A DNA stretch of 64,000 nt from Gracilinanus agilis (Eukaryota), in NCBI RefSeq assembly GCF_016433145.1, contig NC_058132.1, positions 165,721,778-165,785,777 on the forward strand, written 5' to 3'. A program made the translations under genes and the position numbers. The notes under the pieces are model-generated. The model had not been told where the DNA came from and ran no database searches. It was given only the letters and a program-made list of their open reading frames with translations. This document shows, in pieces, positions 50,551-64,000 of this stretch. Every line of letters starts with the position of its first letter. Within the stretch, counting starts at the first letter, position 1.

Positions 50551-53500
50551 TCATTTTCCTGTTTTTTTTTTAATTTGATGCCACAATTAAAACAAGAACA
50601 CATTTCACTGCCTTGTAATTTAGTTTCAAGATAAGTGTCAACTAAAAGAAATCTAGATTTAGAACCACAAAATTAAAATTTCAGTTTCCAGCATTATTAG
50701 GCACCTGTGATTTAAAATTTAGAGCCCAGAGTTAAGAATTAGCTCATTTTCAAAGGTTCCTACGGTACTTTCATCTTCCCATATCTTTTTCTTTATTTCC
50801 CTTTAAATCACCTCCAAAAGCAAATCAATCTTTTCCCAGAGGTTTTTCAGTTTTAATTCTGTGCTAAAGATAGGGAGAGATTCCTATTCTCTTTGTTTGG
50901 AGCCCATGAGATTCCAAACCATGCCCCTGGAATGGTTTTTCAGGAGAAGAGTACAGTATATCTTAATCATATCCCAAACTACTTAAACAACTAATTTTAT
51001 TCCATAGAATTTTCCTTTGCAATTCAGCACAAAATTTTATACACCTATGGTTTCTAAGAGTTTAAAAATCCATTCTTTTTTTCTATTTTTCTTTAGTTTT
51101 CTAGTTTTGCTTTGTCATGAGAGGATATGATATAATTTGCAGTGACTTTGCAAGAAAGTATTCTTTGTATCAATGTAACCCCTAAGTTCTATCCATCCAG
51201 CCAGGACCTCAATAAAAGCAACCCTTGGTTTGAGCCACTTTTTTTGGGTCAATATCTATTCACATTCATAATTAACGAACTTTCCCATAATTAATGAGCT
51301 TTCATTATTGCTGCTTCTTTTTTTTTTACTAGACCAGCTAAAAGACAAATTACCTCAAAGCAAAATATATTTAATTAAAAAGGCATTACAAAATAAATGA
51401 CAATATGGATCTCTCATGCTCAGAGGAATGCATTCTCCTACAAATGATCACATCAAGAAATGGGGACGAAATCTCATATGAATACCTGTGTGACAACAGA
51501 ATACATTTTATGGATCAGATGCATGAGGAACATGTGTGGTTAAAGTATGTGGGTTTTTAGGATGATTCACATTTCTACTTTTTTCAGAGTAACTGAAGTC
51601 TGCTGTTGATTTCATCAAAGACTCTATGTTCTCTTCTCCATTGAGTTGGATTTCTTTCCTGCTACATTCTATTTGCTACTATTTTCTCTGCTGTGCACCT
51701 CAAATGAGCTTCTCTTTGCAGCTCTTTTCTGGTAGTTTCCATTGAGCTGCTTTCTTCTTAGTATCACTGTCTGCTCTCTGCTTCCTCTGATGGATAGTAG
51801 CAACTAGGCAGCCTCTCTTCTGTAGAAAGATTTCTGTTAGCTATAATTCTAGAATTATTTACAGTCACCCACAACCAGCCAACCAGTAAAAGTCAGCAAG
51901 TCCTTAGGTCTAAAATCTCTGTCTTTTGAATTCTTTTTCTTTTGCTCCCTTTTGAGGGTTCTTTCATTTAAGCTCTTATCTGACACATTCCATCATTATC
52001 TTTGGGTTGGGATTGCCAACACCAGAACTGTTGTTTTCCAAGGCCACTGGCTATAGAAAAAAAAATTCAGTGTGGTGTGTTATTATTTCTCAGGGTAAAA
52101 TATGTCAAAGATTGGAGTTATGGATTTTAATGAAGCAAGCCAAGTCCTTAAAGGACAGGGAGGGAAAAGAAGCCATATCTGGAAGTTTTCTATATATGGA
52201 AGGGGAAGGACAAGTCCTATTTATTTATGTAGAGCTAGAATCTGGTGATATAAAGTACTAATTTGAGGTATTAGATGTAGGGACTTGTTTCTGCATCAAC
52301 AGTAAGGGGTCAGTACCATGATGAGACAATCTAAGAAGGGCCCATAATCCAGGTTGAAGTCCTTGGTTGGAAGCTTTGATATTAGGTTAGAAAGAAGGTA
52401 TAACTTTCATGCAGATTTCACACTTTTTAATACTTAACTTTGCAATTTGTTTTATTTTTATAGCTACATAAAGTCATTTTTAATAAGAATTGTTTCATTT
52501 ATTGTATTTATATCCCCAGAAACCTTGGAAGATAGAAGGCACTGAATGCTAGTTGATTAAATGATTTTTGAGATAATAGCAACTTCCAGCTTCTTCTAAC
52601 TCCTTCCAGGTTTAGCAGTCCATACAAATTGAATAATAATGTTGCTAATGACAATGTATTTTTTAAAGCTCATATTTCTATAATTCTTCATGTTTAAAAA
52701 ATGTTTCCCTTGCAATTTCCTCCTCACAGATAGGCATTTCTTATGCATTCTCTCACCTTGATTACTGGAATAATTCCCTTATGGAAATGGTTTGATCTTT
52801 TTTATATAAAAGGAAATGCATATTATGTTCAGAGACCTGGTAAGGTCTGAGTACTGAGGTTCCAGAGACTCACACCCAATACTCAGGCATCATGGTGACT
52901 CCATTTAGCAAATAAAGTTTCATATAATCCCCTTCTTCTCTCCCTTCCCATTTTTGGCTGCTTTAGTTTGTATAATATGGAACTTTTACCATCACTCTGT
53001 CTACTCTTTCATGTAGGAAAAGCCCAGAACAGTTCTTTCAGAGGAAGCTACCCTTACTTTGTAATGTAGCCAGAACTGTAACTTTAGAATATAAGACCCC
53101 TGAAGGCAGGAGCTATTTTTCATTTACTTTGTGTTTCCAGTGGCTAACATAGTGCTTTACATGTAGCAGGCACACAAGAAATGTTGGATAGATTGGACTG
53201 AATTGGACACAGGCACTGAGACTTTTAACTTATTATTCTGTCTCACTTATTTCCATAGACTAGATTGAGTTCTAAGAGGAAGTATCCTGTTTTTCCCTTA
53301 AGGACTGAGGTCAGGAGATACCTAAATTATGTCCAAATCCATGCTCTATGCAACCATTCATTCACAGTAGCTAGATTGTCCACTAGGTGCTATGGAAGAG
53401 ATAAAAAGGGAAAAGGAGATATAGGTCCCTTCCTAGTGAGCTTCTTCCATATTGGTTCCATTAGTCTATGCCCAGAAGGAGGTTTTTGATTCTATGATAT

Positions 53501-54009
53501 CGATCAGTGTTTTGTGCGTATTTTGTTTGAAAAGTGAATTCTGGAGCTTCTAAGAAATATATTTTTAAACGCTTTCCCCTGAGATTCAAATATAGAGATG
53601 TCTTTGAGCATCTCTTTCATAGATGCTCACAGAGCAGAGTACAGTGGTATCTTGGGTGACTAATCAGCTCTGGTCCTCTTATGTGGCCTTTCCAATGTAC
53701 TCAGGGAACACTGGTGGGGACAGAATATCCAGGAGTAAACAGAATGGATTGGAATCATAAAATGTTTGAGTTGGATATGATCTTAGAAGTCATCTATTCT
53801 AACTTCTGAACTCAGAGAGGAATCCAATCTACATAATTTCTACCAGGCATTTATTTAGCTTTTGTCCTAAAACTTCCACAAATGAATACATTCTCAACTT
53901 CTAAAAGCAGCATCTATATGGGCAGAAATGTACCACTTTTTTCTGCAGAGGAATCTTGCCTAGAATCTAACTCTTCTTTTCCATCTTCACAGTTTTTATC
54001 GACAGGAAA

Positions 54010-54933
54010 ATGGCCACAGGAAACCATTCTACAGTGATGGAGTTTATCCTTGCAGGGCTCACAGATCAGCCAGAGCTTCAGCTTCCTCTTTTTCTCTTGT
54101 TTCTTGGAATCTATGTGGTTACTGTAGTGGGGAATCTGGGTATGATCTTATTAATTGCTATCAGTTCTCAACTTCACTCCCCCATGTACTATTTCCTCAG
54201 TCATTTGTCCTTCATTGATCTCTGCTACTCCACTGTCATTACCCCTAAAATGTTAGTAAACTTTGTGTCTGAGAAGAATGTCATCTCTTTTCTGGAATGC
54301 ATGACCCAACTCTATTTTTTCCTAATTTTTGTCATTGCTGAAGGTTACCTCCTGACAGCAATGGCTTATGATCGTTATGTTGCCATTTGCAGTCCTTTAC
54401 TTTATAATGTTCTCATGTCTCAAAGAATGTGCTCTGTAATGATGTTTGTGGTATATTCCTTGGGATTTTTTGGTGCCACGGTTCATACTAGCCGTATGGC
54501 AATGCTATCCTTTTGTGGATCTCACATTGTCAGACATTACTTCTGTGATATACTTCCCCTGTTAACCCTCTCCTGCTCAAGCACCCATATTAATGAGGTT
54601 CTTCTTTTTATTATTGGGGGAGTTAACACCTTAGCTCCAACTCTGGCTGTTCTTATCTCTTATACTTTCATCTTGTCCAGTATCCTACGAATCCGCTCTA
54701 CTGAGGGCAGATCCAAAGCCTTTGGTACCTGCAGCTCCCATCTCATAGCCGTAGGAATCTTCTTTGGGTCTATCACTTTCATGTACTTCAAGCCCCCTTC
54801 TAGCAATTCAATGGAGCAAGAGAAGGTATCCTCAGTATTTTACACCACAGTGATCCCTATGTTAAACCCTCTGATTTATAGTCTGAGGAATAAAGATGTG
54901 AAGAATGCCATTAGGAAGGTTATGGGGAATTGA
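54010..54933 (+). CDS. OR8D2: Olfactory receptor 8D2-like (307 aa, intact)
   Basis: All OR motifs intact. Diagnostic stretches match my recollection of human OR8D2: [88 protein letters not shown]. Acceptor ends at 53992. Confidence 0.88.
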   Translation: MATGNHSTVMEFILAGLTDQPELQLPLFLLFLGIYVVTVVGNLGMILLIAISSQLHSPMYYFLSHLSFIDLCYSTVITPKMLVNFVSEKNVISFLECMTQLYFFLIFVIAEGYLLTAMAYDRYVAICSPLLYNVLMSQRMCSVMMFVVYSLGFFGATVHTSRMAMLSFCGSHIVRHYFCDILPLLTLSCSSTHINEVLLFIIGGVNTLAPTLAVLISYTFILSSILRIRSTEGRSKAFGTCSSHLIAVGIFFGSITFMYFKPPSSNSMEQEKVSSVFYTTVIPMLNPLIYSLRNKDVKNAIRKVMGN

Positions 54934-55552
54934 GACTTCTGAGTGTCAGAATTTCTCAGGAGAGAAAAAAAACAAACCCATTGGGAAGTTATTCTCAATT
55001 CGTTTCTTGGAATCATCTCTTTCCTGGAAAGCTGTTCTCTTTCTTCTGAGAGAAGCTGGGGTTCTCACCATAATTAATGAGAATGTTGTTTTCTTAACTG
55101 GTACCTTGAGGTCAGAAACCAAATAGGCCCTTTTAAGCTTAACACCTCTTACAAGGATATGTGCTTCATAAATAGTCAATAAATGCTTGTTAAAGGAATA
55201 AGCTAGAAAAATGAGTTTCCCTTCAAAAGCTTTCCTGTTCTGTAGTCATTGATAGATTTTCTCTTCTTCCCAGGGATTAAGATTAATATGCAACTCAGTC
55301 CTGATCTTTTCCAAAGTATTTAATAATTCATGGCTCTTGGTTTCTAACATGATTCCCATGTGAACCAAGGAGAAAGTTTGAAGAAGGTTTCAAGAAGATC
55401 ATGGACTGACCAGGAAGAGAAGTTAACCAAAGTCTAGAAGTGGTTCTTCTGATCTATCTCTCTTCCTTTCACTCATATATTTGTATATGTACATGTGTAT
55501 GTAAATGTGTATATGTGAATATGTATTATATTTTTATGTGTATATGTATATG

Positions 55553-55773
55553 CAGGGGTGTGCTTGAATGAGTTTAAAATGGTTAAATTTTCAGTTTGAA
55601 CATTTATACCTCATAAATTAGAAAATGCATAAAATCAGAGTTTGGTTTATTGTTTTGTTGATTATATAGAAAATGTTGGTGAAAACGTTAATAATACAGA
55701 TTAAACTAAAAAGTGTGTTGTGCATACATTTTTCCCCTGAGGATCTAGTTAAACATTTATGAATTGAACACTG
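55553..55773. mobile_element. Short marsupial MITE-like repeat (hAT-type)
   Basis: Ends CAGGGGTGTGCT / TTGAACACTG; 8-bp flanks TGTATATG and TATGTATG (6/8) in a TATG-rich context. Confidence 0.5.
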
Positions 55774-56280
55774 TATGTATGTGAATATATGCCATTGATT
55801 ACATAGTATTTGAGCAAATTAGTTTCACAATATTATAAGTGTAATGGACTTTAGATTTCATTTATTTCAATTCCCTTATTTTATAAATAAATATCCTGAA
55901 ACTCAGAGAAGTGACTTGTTTATGGTTACAAAGATAGTAAGCTGAAGAGCTGGGCTTTATTAACACAAGCACAACAACAACAGCCAGGATTGGGTTTATA
56001 GATGGTGTCAACATTTGCAAAGTACTTGGCACATATTATCTCATTTTTAAAACAATTCTTTAAAGTAGGTTCCAGTAATGTCTCTGTTTCAGGTGTTTAA
56101 GGTAAAGAAAATGAGGCAGAGAGGGGCTAATGATGTGGCTAGGCTTATACAACTAGTTAGTGTTTAAGGCAAATTTAGAACTCAGGGCTTAATTCTATCC
56201 AGTGTATCACCTAGTCACTCAAAGCTCAGGTCTTTTGACTTCAAGTTCTTGGGGGAATTAATACTGTACCATGCTGCCTC

Positions 56281-56281
<1 letters not shown>

Positions 56282-56313
<32 letters not shown>

Positions 56314-56343
56314 TGTGTGTGTGAGAGAGTGTGTGTGTGTGTA
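56282..56343. repeat. (GT)n microsatellite
   Basis: Directly visible. Confidence 0.95.
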
Positions 56344-57544
56344 TGCATGCACACATAGATAAATTTAAACTACATAATATTACCTCATATGTATGCTTGT
56401 AATATATGTATATTTATGCATTTTCTTCCATATCTGTAATTTCATTGATGTGTGCAGCACCCAGTATGAAAATTCCCTCCTCCGTTTCAGATCAGTAATT
56501 TATTGATAACTTCTTGGCTTAGAGAGTTGCTAGGACTAATGCTAGTTTAAGTGATGGCCAACATCACTGGTTCTCTACCTGGATCTTTATGCACTATATA
56601 AATGTGCTCCCTCTAGATCCCTATTCTCTCCAGGCCTCAAATCCCCTCAGTTTTATTCAGTAAAGTGAATTATTAGAATATTGTATGTGAAATAATCTCA
56701 ACTTATTTGTAAACACTAAATAGGTAAGAAGCATAGATCCTGATGCAGAGACAGGTATGGACCCCTTTGGGTAAGCAGAAATGGAAATGCATTGATGTAC
56801 TACTAAAACGTACTTTTATACACATAAACATCAATAATATGTACACATATATGTCCACAGGCACAGATATAACATTCTTGAAATCTATTTATCATCTCCG
56901 ATAATCTGATAAGGACAGCTTAGTTGATAAGAAGTAAGGACACTGAAGATCTTTTATCTCATGCTTCCAGCTCTGTCTCTGGGAGCATGGAGTTTATTAT
57001 ATATATTTCAAGACTCATTTCACACAAGAGAACCCCTGCCCTGAAACTTTGCAGATGTGCAGAAGTTACAAATTATGTCATATCAAAACACAAAAAATCT
57101 CATTTGACTTCAGAATAGAACAAGGCCAAGGCTGAATTTTGGCTGGCCCATTATCAAAAGGTAAGTCTGGGAATACTTTCTCAGGGACGAATAGCCCCCA
57201 CTGGAGGAGGTTTTGCCTAAATTTTGTCCATTATTGACCTTGAGGTATCTAGAAACAGATTAGAGTCCAGACAGCCTTTTTCTTAATTTCTGTCTTTAGT
57301 CTTGGAGAGAAATAGTTAACCTCTTAACTGTTGTTTTGCTAGGAACTTAAAGCTTTTCAATAAGGAAAGGTGTGGATCAGAAAAGAAGTCAAAAGAGGAG
57401 TTTCAGATTTTTATCTATTTGAGACTGTTTCTCTTATTGGCTTCCCACGTAACAAAAGTGGAACTGAATATCTTTCTACCCATTCACATAGAAGCCAATT
57501 CTACAATGTCTGCAGGAATATATAGTAGCAATAATTTGAAGTCA

Positions 57545-58200
57545 GTCAATTGACCAGTCAATAAGCATTAATTACCACCTATAATGTACCAGGCACAATG
57601 CTAAACAATGGACATACAAAGGAAGAAGGAAAAATGTTCCTTGATCTTAAAGAATTTGCATTTTATTGGGGGAGAGAACATTTAGAAATACCTACATACA
57701 TATATATATATATGATATAAGGTTATGGACTGGACTTGTAATTTATTGACATATAGATCTCCAAGATGAAGAAACTTCCTCTACCTTTGTAGATGGGCAC
57801 CTTCTCTATAATTTATAATCTTAAAGAGAGAAAGAGTCTGGGGGCACAGAAAGTTTAAGTGACAACTATGGTCATAGTATGCATGACCAAGAGGAGGAAC
57901 TTGGGTCCTGGTCTTCTGGTTTCAAGGCTGACTCTTCATAACTTATATGTAACCATGCAATAAATCAGTAATTTTTTGAGGAAAGATTTTAACTCCTTGG
58001 GGAATTAGGGAAAACCTCTTATAGATAGCAGTGATTGACCAAAGCTTTGTATACATGACAGTGATTGCTCCGAGCAGTGAAGAAAAAATTAGGTATTCTA
58101 AGAACTGAAAAGTAAAGAGAGGAAGCATTTCAGATATAAGGTACAGCCTATGCAATGGCTGGAGATGAGAAAAGGAGTATTGTATGTGAGGAACAGTAAA
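57545..58200 (-). mobile_element. L2 3' fragment
   Basis: CAATAAGCATTAATTACCACCTATAATGTACCAGGCACAATGCTAAAC is the L2 3'-end signature; a + strand L2 end also lies at ~53085-53210. Confidence 0.6.
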
Positions 58201-61199
58201 AAGGGCAATTTGGTCAGACTGTTATCAGTGTGAAGGAACAATCTGGTCTGCTTCTGTTAATGGATCAATAGACATATAATCTCAGAAACAGTATAGCATT
58301 TAGTACTGTATTATGTACTTGAGAAACAAAGCAGATATGATTTCTGCCCTTAAAGTGTTTTTAATATTGGCATTAAAAGCTCTTCATAACCTAACTTCTC
58401 TACTCTTACTTTTCAGTCTTATTACATCTTCTTACATAGTGTTACAATTCCCAGAGACCAGGATGAACTCTTTCTCAAGCCCATCCTGTTTTCATGAAAC
58501 TAGATTAGGAGATTTTAGCTTTGGCACAATCCATGCTGTGTTCTCAGGTATTGCTGGCTAAAACCCAATTTTAACAGAAGGAGGTTCAGTTACTCTGATG
58601 AATACCTAATGGAGGTGTTCATATGTCAGGTTTTCTTCCCCTTCAGTAGTAGCAGAATAGGATTATGAACTGCTCCATCTTTCATCTGATTGTTCCTGGT
58701 CTTCTGCATGTAACTGAGCAGTGGTTGTGCTCTCACCTTTTTTTGCATCTACAGCTTTTGATAGATGAGACCTGGGACTGGATATGGTTGAGCCCTTCTT
58801 TTATGTTGTCCTCTGAAGTTCAAGATTACCTGTCTCACCTCAGCCATTGTTGGCAATGATTTCTGTTTTGGCATAGCTGTGGTCATGTGTAATCTTGCCT
58901 GAATTCTCAGCTTTCACAATATTTATCTATATTAATCTCTGGACATATTATTCCATCCTAAGGATAAACTCATGAGATTTTTCTCCTTTGAAATGTGTGG
59001 TATTACAGACAAAATTAAATAATTTTCTTATCTTTGTCCCTCATTTGTTTGCATATATTTATGGTAGGTGACATCTGGCTGTGCATCACTGATGTTTTTC
59101 ACAGCCACTACAACTATTGCTCTTAGACCCTCTTTCAACTTTATCTGAATCAAGGGTCTTTCAGTGTCTTAGGCCTACTCTTATTTTTCCATCCCAAGCC
59201 TCCTCATGTTTTTCTACTGGAGGACACAGCTCACATCCAAAGAAAATAGCAATTTGGGACAATAGTGTCTGTCTACCACAGATACATGGCTTTAGCCTTA
59301 CTCACTGATGAAATGTAATTGCTGAATTTAATTGTGAAAAATTTAGTCATTGTAGGATTGCCTCCTGAGGATGTTTTCCATTAATTCTAGCAGCCTCTTG
59401 GTTTGTCCTTCATAATCTATCTTGACTAAAGTCATATTCATGAGGTGGTACTCATTTACAAAAGATTTCTGGTTTTCCTTTGCAAGTCTTACAGTTGAAG
59501 AAGAAAGCTGCTTTCTTTACTTGTGTATAGAAAGGGATGAGTTGATCTTCGAATACCTAGGTTTCTTAACAGGATGCTTTCCTTAGTAGGTTGTAATAGT
59601 ATTTTCCATAGTCCAATGTCCTTCCCAGATCATCAGGCATTCACCAACTGTAGCCTTTTCCCCTCAGTGGTTCTAGAAGGCTGTGATAAGTTAAATCATT
59701 GCCTTGAGAGGCTTTTGCCTTTTTGAGCAATTCTGCCTCTTTAAGGGGACAGATGAGTATGAAAATCATGGGAATAACTTCCTAAAGTTATTTCCTCAGG
59801 CATATCGTCATGGTCCAAATTCCCAGGTAATACTACAAAAGCTTTCTGAGTTGTCTCATTTTCCCTAACAGGAGTAGGTTTAATTTTACATTTTTCCAAT
59901 CATTGCGCTTTTCTACTCTATATTTTTAAAAATGTCCTCATTCTCAAGGTCTAGGTCTACCAGTAATATTGCAAGACTTTTCTTTTCAATTGTAAAAGCA
60001 AGACAGTATCATTCAAGTACACTAGTTGCCATCTTTTCTACAGACTACTTCTCATGTGTCCATATTAATGCACAAATATTAATGCAATTAATAAATGCAA
60101 AGTGTCATAGCAACAATAGTCTTTGGATTGTTATAGTATATGCTTGCAATAAAAGAGCATGAAAACATGAATTCAGATCATGAAAATAGTACCAAATAAT
60201 TACTTTTTATGTATCAACATAAAGCAATTATACATTTGCTATGTCTTTAGGTATACACACACAAAAACATACGGTTTTCAGACTTTGGGAGATCAATAAA
60301 TTCAACAATTGTATGGCAATATTCTCATAATACCAGGTTAGGGTGGCTCTAAAAGAGAATGGACAAACTTCTTATATTTCAAAAAAAAGGAAAGAAAACA
60401 AACATTAAAAATTACATTAAAATATTTTCCAGCATCCAACCAGAAACAAATTATCTAGACCTCTAATGTATTCATTACCTAGCTACTCCCCTAAGATTTC
60501 CAGTACCCAACTCAAATAAATTGGTTCAAAATGCTAAAACTCCAGGTAAAACATGGGTCATTTTTTAAAAAGATCATTGTGCATTTGGAGAGAAAATAAA
60601 CAGGAAACAATTGAGAATAAAAGGAAAATATTAATGTCTTTCCAGAAAAGGGGGATCCCTTATGAGATGAGTCCCTGCAGGAGCCCCCGCATATAACTAA
60701 TGAGGTTCTAGGAATCTTATAAATAGCTTTATATCCCCTAGTTACATCATTGATATCTCAGATGACACCAGTGAACACTGTTTCCTTTTCTACAGTTTAA
60801 AAGGACACTGGATAAAGTCCCAATTAGAAATAATCATCTTCAAATCAAATCAGTTGCCAAAGCACTTCAGAGACTGAGTTCTATGCCTTAATTCCCATCA
60901 ACACTAAAAAGGATTAGAGGGCTTTATAATAGGACCATAAAAACCTTCACAGAAGACATCTAGCTGTCAGCACTCTGTGGGTGAAGAAGCTCTAAGTGGT
61001 AATGCTGGAGGGTGAGTATTAGATTAATCTGACATTATTCTTCTTTCTAATAGAGATTCACGGAGATTTAACCCTTTGCAAAAGAAAGGACATCTTCACA
61101 GACTGTTCTAACCATCGTTAACAATGGCCTGGGGCTGACTACTGGGTGATTTAAAAAAAAAGAGAGAGATTTTGGATGGAGTGACCATAGCTCAGCCTT

Positions 61200-61990
61200 A
61201 TAGAACTGCAGAATTTTAGAGTTGGAAGGGTACTTCAATCTAGTTAATTCCCCTCTCTAAAACCTCCCCAATATACACCCTAGTAGTGATGGCCATCTAG
61301 CTTCTCCTTGAAGACCTGTATTGAAGGAGAACCCACTACTTCTAAGGTAGTCCATTTCACTTTGGGTCACGTATAATCATTATGAATTTTATCCCCACAT
61401 GAAGTTTAAATCTGCTTCTTTGCAACTTTTGTGCATTGTTCTTAGTGCTGCTCTTTGGGCACAAACTGAACAAGTTAAAGCCCCTTTTCCATATGACTGA
61501 CCTTAAAAAAACACTTAGAAACATTTATCATGTTCCTTTGATTCTTCCACTCTCATAGCTAAAATTTTACAAACTATCCTTCCTCAATTATGAGAAATAG
61601 AACTGGACAAAATATCTCATATGTGGTTTGACTAAGATGTACATTCATCAACTCTTCTTTCTTAGAAGCTGTGCTTCCTTTAATTTGCCCAAGATTACAC
61701 TATATTTTCTGACTACCACATTATATTGCATCCTATTGAGTGTTTAGTATACTAAGAACCCCAGATCTTTGTTAAATAAACTGTTAAGCATTCCTTCCTA
61801 CTTTTATGGTTTTTAACCTGATTCTTTTAAGTGTCTTGAAGGATTTTGCATTTATCCTTAGTAAATTTAATTATATTAGATTTGCCTCATTGTCATAACC
61901 TATCATGATTTTTTTAATCATGTTTTGTTCAAAATGTTAGTGATTTCTCCAAGATTTGTCATAATCAGATTTAATATGCATACCATCTAT
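61200..61990 (-). mobile_element. CR1/L3 3' fragment
   Basis: AGAATTTTAGAGTTGGAAGGG...TTGAAGACCT...GGAGAACCCACTACTTC, typical of the reverse L3 3' end; a smaller similar piece lies at ~53750-53930. Confidence 0.55.
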
Positions 61991-62113
61991 GGTTTTATGT
62001 AAGATATAGATCAAGGTTATACATACATTTTTATCTTAATTTCAAATGTTGATCAATAAATGCTTTGCCAAAATTTAAGTACTTTATATTCATAGTTTTT
62101 TCCTGTAACTAGT

Positions 62114-62820
62114 TGTAGGTAAGATGGGTAAAATCTGAATTAATTGAGGAAATGAAGTTTTGAACTTCCAAGCATATCTGTTTATTAAACAATGAATCCA
62201 AATTGCATAGCAATTCAGGACCAGACCTTTTCAACTTGGCACTAGACTCCAAATACAGGGGAGACTGGTTTTTATGCATCAAAAGAAAATAATTAATAGT
62301 CTACAATATAGGATATAAGATTAGACAATTTGATGTCTAATTGGAGGAAAGATTAAGGACTTTCCAAATTGGGAAGTGGACACTGAATAGGTGGAATTCC
62401 CTGAAATCAGGAAAAGAGATGTCTCAATCCTCTTTTAAGTATCTGTCTTCAAAGAAAGAAGGAAAGAATAATTGACCAGTAGAGGGCCAGTTTTCAGATA
62501 AGACATATTGATTACTTGAGATGTAATTGTGAGAAAAATCCTTGCATCAGTCTTTGGATATGATTGGGTTTCTGGCTAACATAACCTAGGTCCTTAGTTA
62601 AGAATCTAAGCATGAGAAAGAAGTGGTCCAGCTTACCAGACCTGCCTAGGTCTAGGTTCACATAATGCAATAAAGTTATCTTACAATTCCTAGAGCTGAA
62701 AAAAGCTTTTGCATAAGGCAGAAATTGGACAAGACTAGTAACTGAATGGAAAGGAAACTGAGCTAGATCTAGAACTGAGTCTCAAGAGGGAGTCACTGTG
62801 GTTCACTCAATTCCCCCACA
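62114..62820 (-). mobile_element. Old LTR-like repeat, copy 3
   Basis: TGTAG...CCACA; collinear with 47176-47879. Confidence 0.6.
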
Positions 62821-62983
62821 ATTTCCATATAGGAAAAGATAGAGACAGAAAAGGGTAAAAATCAACATTATAATTTTATTCTTCTGACTGAGCACTAATT
62901 TGAAATTTGAATTAATGAAGACTTCTTTTTTCCTCTATCATATCTACAGGTTCTTTCCTCCTCTTACTCTACACTCAAAAAGA

Positions 62984-63919
62984 ATGGAGAAAGGAAATTA
63001 CTCATTAGTAACTGAGTTTATTCTCATAGGACTGACAGACCAGCCAGAGCTCCAGCTGCCACTCTTCCTCCTATTCCTGGGCATTCATGTAGTTACTGTG
63101 GTTTGGAACCTGGGCATGATCATATTGATTAAACTCAGTTCCCACCTTCACACTCCCATGTATTATTTCCTCTGCAGTTTGTCTTTCATTGATCTTTGTC
63201 AATCAACTGTCATCATTCCCAAAATGCTGGTGAACTTTTCATCAGAGAAGAATACCATCTCCTACCCTGACTGCATGGCTCAATTCTATTTTTTTGTCTT
63301 TTTTGCCATTTCTGAATGTCAAATGTTGGCTGTGATGGCATATGACCGCTATGTTGCTATATGTCGCCCCCTTCTTTATAGTCTTATTATGTCCTTTCAG
63401 ATGTGCTCATGGTTGGTGGGTGGGGTGTATGCATTGGGCCTGATTGGGGCCACAGTTCACACAGGCTGCATGATTAGATTGCTCTTTTGTGAGGAAAATG
63501 CCATCAATCATTACTTTTGTGACCTCCTTCCACTCTTGAAGCTCTCTTGTTCCAGCACCTATGTCAATGAAGTGGTGGCTCTGGTCTTCAGTGCATTTAA
63601 TATCCTTTTCCCAACATTGACCATTATTTGCTCTTATGTTTTCATCATTGCCAGCATTTTAAAAATTCAGTCCACTGAAGGCAGATCCAAAGCCTTCAGC
63701 ACGTGCAGCTCCCATATTGCAGCAGTTGGTGTCTTCTTTGGCTCCACTGCATTCATATATCTGCAGCCATCTTCAGTCAGTTCCACGGATCAGGGAAAAG
63801 TGTCCTCTGTTTTTTACACTATCATTGTCCCTTTGCTAAACCCTCTCATCTACAGTCTGAGAAATAAAGATGTCAAAATTGCCTTTAGGAAAGAGATAGA
63901 CAGAAGAAAATTCCAATGA
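62984..63919 (+). CDS. Olfactory receptor family 8, OR8G-like (311 aa, intact)
   Basis: True start is most likely ATG at 62984 (MEKGNYS, sequon NYS), downstream of a splice acceptor ending 62949; the TTG at 62900 is intronic. Motifs [27 protein letters not shown] and [23 protein letters not shown] resemble OR8G. Confidence 0.92.
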   Translation: MEKGNYSLVTEFILIGLTDQPELQLPLFLLFLGIHVVTVVWNLGMIILIKLSSHLHTPMYYFLCSLSFIDLCQSTVIIPKMLVNFSSEKNTISYPDCMAQFYFFVFFAISECQMLAVMAYDRYVAICRPLLYSLIMSFQMCSWLVGGVYALGLIGATVHTGCMIRLLFCEENAINHYFCDLLPLLKLSCSSTYVNEVVALVFSAFNILFPTLTIICSYVFIIASILKIQSTEGRSKAFSTCSSHIAAVGVFFGSTAFIYLQPSSVSSTDQGKVSSVFYTIIVPLLNPLIYSLRNKDVKIAFRKEIDRRKFQ

Positions 63920-64000
63920 AAGGAGAAATGTCAGATTAATGAATTTTATGGTACTAAGATGCTCTTAACTGATGTCTGTCCCAATGTATGAACAATGCAC

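Noticed and set aside
62900-62983. 28-aa N-terminal extension of the OR8G-like ORF
   Set aside because: Starts at TTG and spans a polypyrimidine tract and AG acceptor (62949), so it is intronic; the canonical start is 62984.
1-64000. CRISPR arrays, operons or prokaryotic systems
   Set aside because: The sequence is mammalian; no regularly spaced repeat-spacer array was seen.

Overview
AT-rich, CpG-poor marsupial DNA, probably opossum (Monodelphis), judging from SINE1_Mdo-type SINEs and marsupial-type L1 ends. It is part of a family-8 olfactory receptor cluster with five + strand single-coding-exon loci: two open OR8B-like genes (526-1467, which carries a 5-aa deletion in intracellular loop 2, and 27182-28135), one OR8B-like pseudogene (32867-34668, split by a solo LTR), an OR8D2-like gene (54010-54933) and an OR8G-like gene (62984-63919). 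The three OR8B-like loci sit in ~6-kb tandem duplication units. The dominant accessory feature is an 11-kb class I-type endogenous retrovirus on the minus strand (8699-19667). It has ~97% identical LTRs, a 5-bp TSD GAATT, a tRNA-Arg-like PBS, decayed gag-pro-pol and no recognisable env, and it carries two nested solo LTRs with 4-bp and 6-bp TSDs. Its architecture is unusual in three ways: (i) Gag appears to start ~33 nt after the PBS with a signal-peptide-like and then a transmembrane-like segment; (ii) ~1.6 kb of coding-like sequence lies between the zinc knuckle and protease; (iii) a non-env remnant with possible 2H-phosphoesterase-like motifs occupies the env slot. The rest is L1, L2, L3, MIR/SINE, solo LTRs, hAT and Tigger-type MITEs and microsatellites. 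All family assignments come from manual reading and recalled consensus motifs, not database searches.
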